Of a DNA stretch of 64,000 bases, positions 49,603 through 61,550 are shown piece after piece; position 1 is the stretch's first letter, and the number at the start of each line of letters is the position of its first letter. Below the pieces are notes generated by a model that saw only the letters and a list, made by a program, of their open reading frames with translations, searched no databases and was not told the origin of the DNA. The stretch is from Macrostomum hystrix (lineage: Eukaryota; Animalia; Platyhelminthes): the NCBI GenBank assembly GCA_950097015.1, contig CATNEN010000015.1, forward strand, positions 124,001 to 188,000, in the 5' to 3' direction. Position numbers and translations under genes: made by a program.

Positions 49603-51769
49603 TGTCTTGAATTCTTATGCAACAAATTGAGTCCTCGCAGTAAGAGTCCGTTCATACGGCTGTGAGCCAATTCAGGCCGAGAGTCAAAATATATTTAAGT
49701 TAACAGAGCGATAAGGAAGGGGGGTTGGCGGTACGATAACAAGAGTGCGCGACTGAGGGTAGGAGAGGAGGCTAGAACGTGAGCGGCGGACCAATCAGAG
49801 AGGAGGAAAGAAAGAAAGGATAGAGAATGAGAGATCAGCCGCAGAGATAACGAGAGAGAAAGAACTAGATTGAACTGGACGATATAAACAAGAAAAGTGC
49901 AGAGAACCAAAGAGTGAATAGAGGACAGAAGGCAGAGACGAAAGTCGCGACACTCCCCCAAAAAATGCAACATTTTTTAGAACAAGAGATTAGAAATAAC
50001 TTAGTTAGATTCTCCATAGATTTACATTCTGATCTGCAAAACAGGCAAATTAAAGCAGAGATCAGACACTGAAGAGCTTCAAACAAATAGAGGTTGTTGG
50101 TTGAGAGTAAAATATAATACACCAATGGTTGTGAATACACAAAACTAAAACTTTTACGAATTCTTGCAGACGTTGATTTTACACACAAGCCTCGACGCGT
50201 AGAGTAGAGCCACAACTCTCCCCCCGAAAATGAAGAATGTTTTAATCGAAACTTTCAAATTTAAAAACTAATTTAACGAGAGAATTTTGCCCTATAAGGA
50301 AAAAACAAAATAATGCATTTAACGAACAAATATCAATTGATGTCTACAATATTATACTCGTGCAGACTATTGCGAAACGAGGGAAGGCTAACGAGACAGA
50401 CACCAACATAGGTTCTTCGATAAGTTAAACAAATTTTACTTTTTGAAACAACGAAGCATTTGTTGTAGAAAATGAAAAAAAGATTTTTTTTCGAGCGTCC
50501 ACAAACAAATAATGAAATGGAGAATATGAAACTCCTGCCGGCACTGCCACCGTAATGTAATGAAAACGAGCGAATGAATCGTGCGGCAATCCCGAAGAAC
50601 GAATGAGAGACCAGGAACCGGCGGTCGCCACATGGGACGAACTGAGGCGAGACGAGACGAGCTGAGACGAGACGAGTCCTGTGGCGATCCCGGCGAACGA
50701 ATGAGAAACCAGGAACCGGCGGTCGCCACATGGGACGAAACTGAGGCGAGACGAGACGAGCTGAGACGAGACGAGTCCTGTGGCGATCCCGGCGAACGAA
50801 TGAGAAACCAGGAACCGACGGTCGCCACATGGGACGAAACTGAGGCGAGAAGAGATGAGACGAGACGAGGCTAGACGAGGCGAGTCCTGTGGCGATCCCG
50901 GCGAACGAATGAGAGACCAGGAACCGGCGGTCGCCACATGGGACGAACTGAGGCGAGACGAGACGAGCTGAGACGAGACGAGTCCTGTGGCGATCCCGGC
51001 GAACGAATGAGAAACCAGGAACCGGCGGTCGCCACATGGGACGAAACTGAGGCGAGAAGAGATGAGACGAGACGAGGCTAGACGAGGCGAGTCCTGTGGC
51101 GATCCCGGCGAACGAATGAGAGACCAGGAACCGGCGGTCGCCACATGGGACGAACTGAGGCGAGACGAGACGAGCTGAGACGAGACGAGTCCTGTGGCGA
51201 TCCCGGCGAACGAATGAGACCAGGAACCGGCGGTCGCCACATGGGACGAACTGAGGCGAGACGAGACGAGACGAGACGAAGATCGTTTTATGCAAAATCA
51301 ATGCAGGCCGGCGGACGAGAACGACGCTGATGAGATGAAAGCCAGAAGGAGCTGGCAGAAAATAATTCTACATTTGGGTTCGATTTCGTTCGGGCGCCAT
51401 GTCCCACATTGGGCGCCATGTCTTGATTTCTTATGCAACAAATTGAGTCCTCGCAGTAAGAGACCGTCTTTAAGGGCTGTGAGCCAATTCAGGCCGAGAG
51501 TCAAAATATATTTAAGTTAACAGAGCGATAAGGAAGGGGGGTTGGCGGTACGATAACAAGAGTGCGCGACTGAGGGTAGGAGAGGAGGCTAGAACGTGAG
51601 CGGCGGACCAATCAGAGAGGAGGAAAGAAAGAAAGGATAGAGAATGAGAGATCAGCCGCAGAGATAACGAGAGAGAAAGAACTAGATTGAACTGGACGAT
51701 ATAAACAAGAAAAGTGCAGAGAACCAAAGAGTGAATAGAGGACAGAAGGCAGAGACGAAAGTCGCGACA
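49603..51769 (-). mobile_element. Non-autonomous LTR retrotransposon (TRIM/LARD-like), 2167 bp
   Basis: TG...CA LTRs at 49603-49952 and 51419-51769. 5-bp TSD GTTCC at 49598-49602 and 51770-51774. PBS TGGCGCCCAATGTGGGAC lies directly after the 5' LTR (51418-51401). PPT TTTTTTGGGGGAG precedes the 3' LTR. No gag/pol inside. Confidence 0.95.
50597..51280. repeat. Seven 98-109-bp tandem repeats inside the LTR element
   Basis: Unit starts at 50597, 50695, 50794, 50903, 51001, 51110 and 51208 (GAACGAATGAGA...GGCGATCCCGGC). Confidence 0.93.
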
Positions 51770-54265
51770 GTTCCGTATCCTTAGAGTTGAATTGTGAGTG
51801 GGAAGTTGTGCAGCTTGGTTCCGTATCCTTAGAGTTGAATTGTGAGTGGGAAGTTGTGCAGCTTGGTTCCGTATCCTTAGAGTTGAATTGTGAGTGGGAA
51901 GTTGTGCGACTTGGTTCCGTATCCTTAGAGTTGAATTGTGAGTGGGAAGTTGTGCAGCTTGGTTCCGTATCCTTAGAGTTGAATTGTGAGTGGGAAGTTG
52001 TGCAGCTTGGTTCCGTATCCTTAGAGTTGAATTGTGAGTGGGAAGTTGTGCGACTTGGTTCCGTATCCTTAGAGTTGAATTGTGAGTGGGAAGTTGTGCG
52101 ACTTGGTTCCGTATCCTTAGAGTTGAATTGTGAGTGGGAAGTTGTGCGACTTGGTTCCGTATCCTTAGAGTTGAATTGTGAGTGGGAAGTTGTGCGGCTT
52201 GGTTCCGTATCCTTAGAGTTGAATTGTGAGTGGGAAGTTGTGCGGCTTGGTTCCGTATCCTTAGAGTTGAATTGTGAGTGGGAAGTTGTGCGGCTTGGTT
52301 CCGTATCCTTAGAGTTGAATTGTGAGTGGGAAGTTGTGCGGCTTGGTTCCGTATCCTTAGAGTTGAATTGTGAGTGGGAAGTTGTGCGGCTTGGTTCCGT
52401 ATCCTTAGAGTTGAATTGTGAGTGGGAAGTTGTGCGACTTGGTTCCGTATCCTTAGAGTTGAATTGTGAGTGGGAAGTTGTGCGGCTTGGTTCCGTATCC
52501 TTAGAGTTGAATTGTGAGTGGGAAGTTGTGCAGCTTGGTTCCGTATCCTTAGAGTTGAATTGTGAGTGGGAAGTTGTGCGGCTTGGTTCCGTATCCTTAG
52601 AGTTGAATTGTGAGTGGGAAGTTGTGCGACTTGGTTCCGTATCCTTAGAGTTGAATTGTGAGTGGGAAGTTGTGCGGCTTGGTTCCGTATCCTTAGAGTT
52701 GAATTGTGAGTGGGAAGTTGTGCAGCTTGGTTCCGTATCCTTAGAGTTGAATTGTGAGTGGGAAGTTGTGCGACTTGGTTCCGTATCCTTAGAGTTGAAT
52801 TGTGAGTGGGAAGTTGTGCAGCTTGGTTCCGTATCCTTAGAGTTGAATTGTGAGTGGGAAGTTGTGCGGCTTGGTTCCGTATCCTTAGAGTTGAATTGTG
52901 AGTGGGAAGTTGTGCGGCTTGGTTCCGTAACCTTAGAGTTGAATTGTGAGTGGGAAGTTGTGCAGCTTGGTTCCGTATCCTTAGAGTTGAATTGTGAGTG
53001 GGAAGTTGTGCAGCTTGGTTCCGTATCCTTAGAGTTGAATTGTGAGTGGGAAGTTGTGCGGCTTGGTTCCGTATCCTTAGAGTTGAATTGTGAGTGGGAA
53101 GTTGTGCAGCTTGGTTCCGTATCCTTAGAGTTGAATTGTGAGTGGGAAGTTGTGCAGCTTGGTTCCGTATCCTTAGAGTTGAATTGTGAGTGGGAAGTTG
53201 TGCATCTTGGTTCCGTATCCTTAGAGTTGAATTGTGAGTGGGAAGTTGTGCAGCTTGGTTCCGTATCCTTAGAGTTGAATTGTGAGTGGGAAGTTGTGCG
53301 GCTTGGTTCCGTATCCTTAGAGTTGAATTGTGAGTGGGAAGTTGTGCAGCTTGGTTCCGTATCCTTAGAGTTGAATTGTGAGTGGGAAGTTGTGCGGCTT
53401 GGTTCCGTATCCTTAGAGTTGAATTGTGAGTGGGAAGTTGTGCAGCTTGGTTCCGTATCCTTAGAGTTGAATTGTGAGTGGGAAGTTGTGCGGCTTGGTT
53501 CCGTATCCTTAGAGTTGAATTGTGAGTGGGAAGTTGTGCGGCTTGGTTCCGTATCCTTAGAGTTGAATTGTGAGTGGGAAGTTGTGCGGCTTGGTTCCGT
53601 ATCCTTAGAGTTGAATTGTGAGTGGGAAGTTGTGCAGCTTGGTTCCGTATCCTTAGAGTTGAATTGTGAGTGGGAAGTTGTGCGGCTTGGTTCCGTATCC
53701 TTAGAGTTGAATTGTGAGTAGGAAGTTGTGCAGCTTGGTTCCGTATCCTTAGAGTTGAATTGTGAGTGGGAAGTTGTGCAGCTTGGTTCCGTATCCTTAG
53801 AGTTGAATTGTGAGTGGGAAGTTGTGCGACTTGGTTCCGTATCCTTAGAGTTGAATTGTGAGTAGGAAGTTGTGCGGCTTGGTTCCGTAACCGCTTAGAT
53901 GGTGAAACTTTTGGCTATTGCTGAGTACGAGCACAGATAAGATAATATATAATATATACTCACAGTTATATATTATCTGTGAGTACGAGTACATTTTAAA
54001 AAACGTCCGTTTTGAAAAGAAATGAGGCACAGCGGCCTAATAATAAGGAGCTTTCTGTGTATTGTTAGAAGATTGTAACGTCTTGCTTAGCTTGCGAAAA
54101 TCTGGATAAACATATTAGCAGCTCATTAGTTATTTGCTCAAGTATAAAATAGGTTTTTAGCTTGGCTATTTTGGTGTGTTAAACAGTTCTAAACCAGCAC
54201 TTGCAGTGAACTTCTGATTTGTTAAGATTTGGTATCGTCAGTGATATTTTCTCTTTCAAGAACTT

Positions 54266-54395
54266 GTAGCCCTGTGGTTAGTGCTACGAGCTACTGACTT
54301 CTGATCGGTAGGTCGGAGGTTCACTTCTCAGCCCAAGGGAGACACTTTGTGTCCTTGACCAATCGCTTCAAGCCACCCAGTTGTAAAAAGGTGTT
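54266..54395 (+). mobile_element. Degenerate tRNA-derived SINE
   Basis: A-box-like GTAGCCCTGTGGTTAG and B-box-like GGAGGTTCACTTC, then a SINE-core-like TTGTGTCCTTGA...CACCCAGTTGTAAAAAGG. Confidence 0.35.
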
Positions 54396-54630
54396 CCAGC
54401 ATCAGGGGTAGAAATTTGGGTGGTTGTGAAGGCCTCCCTAGTCCATAGACTCAACAGACTCAACCGACTAAATCTTCTGTACAGAGATTTCAGAAGTTTA
54501 TGCTTGGTGATTTGAGCTAATGCTACCGGGTTAACTAAATAACTAAGCTCAGCTCATTTAAGCATAGCATTGTAAAAAAGCATCTGATTAAAAAACTTGG
54601 ATAAGTTCCCGAGCACAGTTTTCCAAGCTG

Positions 54631-57600
54631 TTAAAATATCTTGGCCTGTTCCTCCAACTTCCAGTCCTCCACCTGGCCGGGCGAGACTCCAAGGAGCTTC
54701 AGCTGCTGCTTTCCCACTGCCGGTTGGCATTTGCTGCCGGTCTCACTGAGCACTGCTGAGCACACATCCGAGGCCTGAATTTGGGTTATGCTGCAGTTCA
54801 TTTACAAAGGGCTCCCTGTCTGTTGTGAGCCCGAGTGAGCGGGTGCTGGATCTAGACTGGACTGTCTGTTGTGAGCCCGAGTGAGAGGGTGCTGGATCTA
54901 GACTGTGGACTGTCTGTTGTGAGCCCGAGTGAGAGGGTGCTGGATCTAGACTGGACTGTCTGTTGTGAGCCCGAGTGAGAGGGTGCTAGATCTAGACTGG
55001 ACTGTCTGTTGTGAGCCCGAGTGAGAGGGTGCTGGATCTAGACTGGACTGTCTGTTGTGAGCCCGAGTGAGCGGGTGCTAGATCTAGACTGGACTGTCTG
55101 TTGTGAGCCCGAGTGAGCGGGTGCTGGATCTAGACTGTGGACTGTCTGTTGTGAGCCCGAGTGAGCGGGTGTTGGATCTAGACTGGACTGTCTGTTGCGA
55201 GCCGCCCGAGTGAGAGGGTGCTGGATCTAGACTGGACTGTCTGTAGTGAGTCCGAGTGAGCGGGTGCTGGATCTAGACTGTGGACTGTCTGTTGCGAGCC
55301 CGAGTGAGCGGGTGCTGGATCTAGACTGGACTGTCTGTTGCGAGCCCGAGTGAGCGGGTGCTGGATTACGTTGACGGGATGGTGTAGGAATGAAGGCTGT
55401 GCTTTGATTTGTGCTCGGAATGGCGAACTGCCTGTTCGAACAGAGTGGAAGCTGAGTAAAATCAGCCGTGATCACGAACGGGATATTTTCTCACCCAAGC
55501 ACGCAGAGCTGCCTCGATTCCCATAGGTTTGTTGCTGAGAGAGTCCAGCAGCTGCTTGGCCCTGGCAGCGATGGCCGGCTCTACCTCGCTGGCCTTCAGC
55601 GACTTCAGCTGGTCGAAGCTCGTTTTAGGTATCATCCGAGCTCGTTTCCACGACTGCAATGGTGAGTGTAAAATGTCCCGTGACAGAATTCCAGTCTCTA
55701 CCACAGAACTCTGCAGTTGTTAGTGATGGTGAGTGTAAAATGGCCCGTGACAGAATTCCAGTCTCTACCACAGAACTCTGCAGTTGTTAGTGATGGTGAG
55801 TGTAAAATGTCCCGTGACAGAATTCCAGTCTCTACCACAGAACTCTGCAGTTGTTAGTGATGGCGAGTGTAAAATGTCCCGTGACAGAATTCCAGTCTCT
55901 ACCACAGAACTCTGCAGTTGTTAGTGATGGTGAGTGTAAAATGTCCCGTGACAGAATTCCAGTCTCTACCACAGAACTCTGCAGTTGTTAGTGATGGTGA
56001 GTGTAAAATGTCCCGTGACAGAATTCCAGTCTCTACCACAGAACTCTGCAGTTGTTAGTGATGGTGAGTGTAAAATGTCCCGTGACAGAATTCCAGTCTC
56101 TACCACAGAACTCTGCAGTTGTTAGTGATGGTGAGTGTAAAATGGCCCGTGACAGAATTCCAGTCTCTACCACAGAACTCTGCAGTTGTTAGTGATGGTG
56201 AGTGTAAAATGTCCCGTGACAGAATTCCAGTCTCTACCACAGAACTCTGCAGTTGTTAGTGATGGTGAGTGTAAAATGTCCCGTGACAGAATTCCAGTCT
56301 CTACCACAGAACTCTGCAGTTGTTAGTGATGGTGAGTGTAAAATGTCCCGTGACAGAATTCCAGTCTCTACCACAGAACTCTGCAGTTGTTAGTGATGGT
56401 GAGTGTAAAATGTCCCCTGACAGAATTCCAGTCTCTACCACAGAACTCTGCAGTTGTTAGTGACCTGTAAAAAAGTCATCTAAGCGTCTTCCTGCGTATC
56501 TCCTGCCTCACCTGGGTCTCCAACTCGCAGTGTCCCAGCAGCAACAGGGAAGCCTGCACCACTGTGTGCAAATTGGAATTCGGGTTATTTAAACTACTTA
56601 TCTCCACCAAGCTGTGCCTGTTCAGCTCCGGTGGCGGCTGCTGCTGCTGACGGAATTGCGAGCTGGTCACCTGCCGCTCCTGGGATTTGATCAGCTCCTT
56701 GGCCTTGCTGACCTCTGGCTCTATGCGACTCGTAGACATAACCACCTTGCTGAAGCTCTTATTTTCGATCTCGTTCACCAGCGCCTTCAGTGCTGACGGG
56801 TTTTTAGACTTTCTAGCGCTGAGCATTTCGTTTTCCAGGTCTGCGGGTTAAAGAAAAAAAAACCGTGAACTGCTGACTGCGCAACGCAGTAACGCGCATG
56901 CAACGAAATAAACGATTCATGTCGGTTCAAGTGCTCCCGCACCACCGTACCCCGCTTGTACTCCGCCGCCTCCTTTTTCCTGACGGAGAGTAGCAAAAGC
57001 GCTTCATCGTCCGAGTTGCAGTCCCCCTCCTGCATCTTCTTCACGAGCTCGTCCAGCTGCAGGGACTTGCAGTCCGGGTCCCTGTAGAGACTCAGGGCCA
57101 GTTTGTTGCGGAGTCGCTCCTTCTGCTTCTCGGCTTTCTTAGTTTTCCTCACCACCGCCGTCTGCTCCTCGCGCCGCTTCTCCTTGGCCCGGCGACGCTC
57201 CCGCTTCTCCGCCTTCCGCCGAGCCTCAGCCGCCTCCAACGAGCGGCGAATTTCCTCGCGAGTTCCCAATCGTTTGGCCTCTGAAGCCTCTCTCTGCCGC
57301 TTCTGCTGCTCCTCTCGACGACGCTGCTTCTCCTCTATATCGCGGCGCCGCTCTTCCTCGCGCTGTCGCTCGGCCTCCTCTTCCTCCCTCCGTCTGGCCT
57401 CCTGCGGCAGATGGTTTGAAACCGGTGCATCGACTATGAGATAGATGGTCAACCCTGCTATACACTTTACTGCAGCATCATCACTACTTATTGTACGTAA
57501 AACTTCTGTACGCTCGTATATTCAAAAGAAGCATGATCCAGTATTGTTAGATGTATATGCGTTCGCAGGTAGCTATGCATCCTACTCACCTCCTCCTCCC

Positions 57601-60600
57601 TCCGCTTCCTGTCCTCTCGCCTTCGCTTCTCGATCTCCAGCTTTTTCCGCTCCTCTTCTTCTTCGCGTCGTCGCTTCTCCTCCTCCTCCTTCCTCCTCTT
57701 CTCCTGCTCCAGCCGCCGCTGCTCCGCCTCCTGCTGCAGCCGGATGCGCTCTCTCTCCTCCGCCTCTGGATCCTCGGGCAGCAGCTCCTGGGCCTGCTCA
57801 GCGCGCTGGTAATTCTCCTGCTTTCTCTGGCGCAGCCGCTCACTGCGGGCCCGGCGCTGGTTCAGCTCCTCCGCCTCCTGGGCGGATTGGTTTCGAATGT
57901 TGTGGTCTCCTTTTGACTCGAACTGGTAGCCCAGCAGCTCTTCGCAGTCGTTTTTGTTATTCCCAGCGATGACCTTCAAAGGCTTTCCCGCGGACTCCCG
58001 ATGGGCCTTGACGCTGCCTTCCCAGAGACCGTTTTTGCTCTTCTGCATGAGTGAACGTTCATTTTTAGCTTCGTTCACCAGGTAAGCAACTGTAACATTT
58101 TCGATTTTCAGCCGGAATGTCACAGTGACATTTAGCGGCAGCAGTTTCTGCATCGGCTGCACCAGCCGGTGGTCGCAGCTCCAAGGGTCCAGCCTGTCAG
58201 GAAACCTTTCTGCCAGGCCGTCGAGCTGCCCCAACGAGCGCACGAAGTAGTTGCCGTAGTGCTTCCACTCATCTGATCGCTCGCGCCTGGCCTTCAGTCT
58301 GACCACGTAGTGACCGGCAAGGCGAAACCTCACGTCCACGCAGAAGCCTCGCTGGGTGCCGTTGACGAAAGCGAAGCCATCAGACAGTGAGTCCTGGCCT
58401 TCGGAGTCGATGAAGATGAGCTCCACCTCTATGTCAATGTGAATCTTCAGGGCGAATTGCAGCTCCAGACTTGCCTCCTCGCACGTCACGCAGGGGTCCG
58501 GGTGACTGTCTGGGTGGATTAGCTCGTTCAACTCGCTGTCTGGAAATCCCAGGCCCCCCAGCCTCTCCAGGTCCGGAATGGGAAAGTGCCGAGCATCCCG
58601 GTACCAGGATGGAGAGTTGACAAGGAACTGGCAGACCGGTGTTTCTCTCTGCTGGACAACCAAAGCGAAGGAGCCAGAGTCCGGGGACAGAAATAGGATG
58701 CAGATCCTGCGACCCGTCAGCCAGATTAGCACATTGTTTGCGGGCAAAGTCTGGTTTGATGCATCCATGAGGACGCAGCTCAGCATATCGAGCCTGTACT
58801 GAAACGTGAGGGACTCGAAGATGAGCTGGCGCTCTCCGTTATTTGCTCTTAGCTCTCCAGCCTCTTCGGTTGTGAGGCCAGCTGAAATGAGTGCTGGCCC
58901 CGGCCCAAAATACTGGAGCAGTTCCGAACCCTCTGGCAGCTCTTGGGCGTTCTGGTCAGCTTGCGGGCAGTGAATTACGTAGGTGATGAAATCAGCAGAG
59001 TACGTTCTACCCTGTGTGCCTTTTGTCACTTGTATCACCAGCAAGAATTTGCCACTGCAGGGCGGCACTAATTTGAACTTCACTTCGTCCTTTCTTTCAG
59101 TTCGAGTCCCTTTCGATAAAAAGCGCTTGACGTTTCGTTGCTCCCTGATGGCAGCTCGGGCTTCCTCTGTCAGGCTGTCTTTGTGGATGCTGATGGTGGT
59201 GCTGTACTCGTACTTCTCAGCTGTGAGCTCCTTCAGAAATATCCTGAGCGTTCCAGGTGGAGCGATGATAACATTTAGTGGGTGACTCTGTGGAACCAGC
59301 TGAAATTTATCGATTGAATCTCTGTATGATTCAAAGAATCTCGGCATCCGTTGAAACTCATCGAACGTGAGTGGGCGGGCCAGCAGCTGCCACTGTCTCT
59401 GCTCATCGTCTGGGAAATGTGTCAATATAAGTTTGTCTGGGTCGGTGAGGAAGTAGGCTTCATCGCAGGCGTACACCGTGTGCCCCTCACGTTTCTCAGC
59501 AGATGCAACATTTCCGGACTCGTCCAATAGTGCATAGTTTCCTGTGTCGAAGTCAGAAACGGACGTGGAGCCCCAGTAGGCGTCTATGAAGCGCCACTCA
59601 CCCTCGACGTAGCAGGCGAACCAAGAGCCTACTCGCCTTCCCGGTGAGATTCCGTTCTCGTAGCTAACTCCCTTCTTGGTGCCGTTGATGCGCTGCACTG
59701 GAACATCTGCTAGACTGCGGGAAAGCATTCAACAGGATTAGGGCTTGATAGATCGCAATATACCCTTTGTACATCATATCATTAGCCATGAGAACAGTGT
59801 GCAAGTGCCAAACAGAGGGTTAAAACGAGACTCATTTCTTTATGCGGTACAAAGAGGTATGCTACCACCCGCAGATACCATAATTATTTATACTATATGC
59901 CTGGTAACACCAGACGAATTTCTTTTTTGAAAACTCACTTTCAAATTTCTAACAACAGTAAATAACTATCATAATTAGAAAAATGGAGCGAACTGATTCG
60001 GCGCAAGTAATGAACTCCTTTCGGAAAATTGGAACTGCTAACTTTGGTCCATTCTATCTGTCTATCCGGTTCTCCCTTTGCTGAATTCCCTCACAGGAGT
60101 ACAACTGGTGTAAAATGGCCGAATCGAACTCACCCCAAAAGCCTCTCGAACACGTATTCAACAGTGTTCTCAGACCGCATCAGCCGGATCACATTGTAGA
60201 TGTTAGATTCACCCTGCATCGGTGCGAGCTGCTCCACCTCAGCGGTGCACACAAAATAGAAGGCCGCCCGCACCTTGTCCAGGTTGGAGCTGCTCTTCTT
60301 GAACAGCCTGGCAGCGAAGCTCTGCTCCGACTCGAAGGGCTGCGGCACTTGCGACTTCACGTAGGCGTCTTTTTCCGCGTAGCTTTCTTCTCTGAAGAGC
60401 TCCTCCTTGCGCCTGCGCGGTGGGAATGGAGCCACGGACTTGGCGCGGGGGTCCCTCGGTGCCTGGCCTTTGGTGCGCTGCAATTGGCTCAGCATGGGCA
60501 GAGTGGGGTAGGCGCATGAGGCAATTCTGCCCTCCACATCCTCGTCCAGCAGGTAGGAGCTGAGGTCGATCTCATCCTTGGCTAGCCTGTAGTTCTTGTA

Positions 60601-60654
60601 GTAGTCCAGCTGTTGGAACAGGTCCCGAGTCAGGTGGATGGCCTCAGCCGCCAT
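54631..60654 (-). CDS. Hillarin/kyphoscoliosis-peptidase-like protein (inactive transglutaminase-like domain, beta-rich repeats, E/R/K coiled coil, dynein-stalk-like C-terminus), 6 exons, ~1,242 aa
   Basis: Exons 60134-60654, 57590-59714, 56951-57401, 56512-56840, 55495-55653 and 54631-54774 join in frame (3729 nt). Motifs: KVRAAFYFVC, FERLLGLADVPVQRINGTKKGVSY, WFACYVEGEWRFIDAYWG, YFLTDPDKLILTHFP..WQLLARP..FDEF. An upstream exon is possible (acceptor at 60667). Confidence 0.82.
54818..55366. repeat. 46/48-bp minisatellite filling the last intron of the hillarin-like gene
   Basis: Unit CTGTCTGTTGTGAGCCCGAGTGAGCGGGTGCTGGATCTAGACTGGA, ~12 copies. Confidence 0.93.
55658..56463. repeat. 67-bp minisatellite x12 filling an intron of the hillarin-like gene
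   Basis: Period 67 (55725, 55792, ... 56395). Confidence 0.96.
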
Positions 60655-61550
60655 GCGTGGCAAAGTCTGTTGTTAGACAGTTTAGGTCTGGGAATTGCCG
60701 TTTTTTAGCACTGAGAATGCCTCCGGGCACGAGTTTTATAGTTAGTTTTTCTTTTGTTTTGTCAGGTCATTGCTCGATTATGGCCGAACTCGTCCAACCT
60801 ATTTTATTTTTTAATCTTTTTCATCATTTGACAAGCTGAATTGCATTTTAGCAGAAGATGCGGCTGCTGTACACGCAGGCTTTGTGGCAGGAAAATGCCT
60901 GTCATCCTTTAATAAATTTAAGATAGTAGATATTAAAATAATAACGAACCTGAAACGAATATAATAAGCATGAGGTTCGTTTAAAACCGAGACTGGAGAG
61001 TCAGGGGCGCGCTCACGTTCATAGTTCTCGGAACAATGCGCATTCAAATTCGTGGCATAATTTCTCATAATTCACAAGGCGACAGTGCCTGGGGTTGACC
61101 AGGCGCGCACTCCTTGCCTTCACTGGTTGAGTATTGAATAGGCTACATAATCGGGCATAAGCAGAGCTGCTGCCACATCGCCGTGCTCACCGAAGCGTGG
61201 ATATTTTATTCCTAAGCACTGAATGCATCCTTTTTGCAGTGCCAATTTAGTGCTGCGGAGGCTGCACAGTTTTTAGTTAGCCGCAATTCGGAAGAATGGT
61301 GGAGTTTTTTTAATTACCTTCTCTACGCAGGTCTCACAGAGCTGCATTGAGTTAGTTGTTGCGTCTATTTCAAGGCACGGCACAGATGCGCCTTTGTCTA
61401 TGGCTTTTTATCACCGAAACCAAGAGGGCGATTAATAACGGCACTCAAGCAAATAACTGATTGATTCACACTAGCACTGAATCTCAGATATTGAGCGTGA
61501 GCCTCCACCGGCTTTTCAATTGCTATAGACCCATAAAATTGATTTGAACA

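Larger units (their letters stand above)
49389..53891. repeat. 48-bp satellite (GCTTGGTTCCGTATCCTTAGAGTTGAATTGTGAGTGGGAAGTTGTGCG), ~48 copies, interrupted by an LTR element
   Basis: ~4.4 units at 49389-49602 and ~44 units at 51770-53891. Confidence 0.97.

Noticed and set aside
51787-53721. 644-aa repetitive ORF (LNCEWEVVRLGSVSLE)n
   Set aside because: A by-product of a 48-bp unit that lacks a stop in that frame. It starts at TTG and has no splice context or unique flanking coding sequence.
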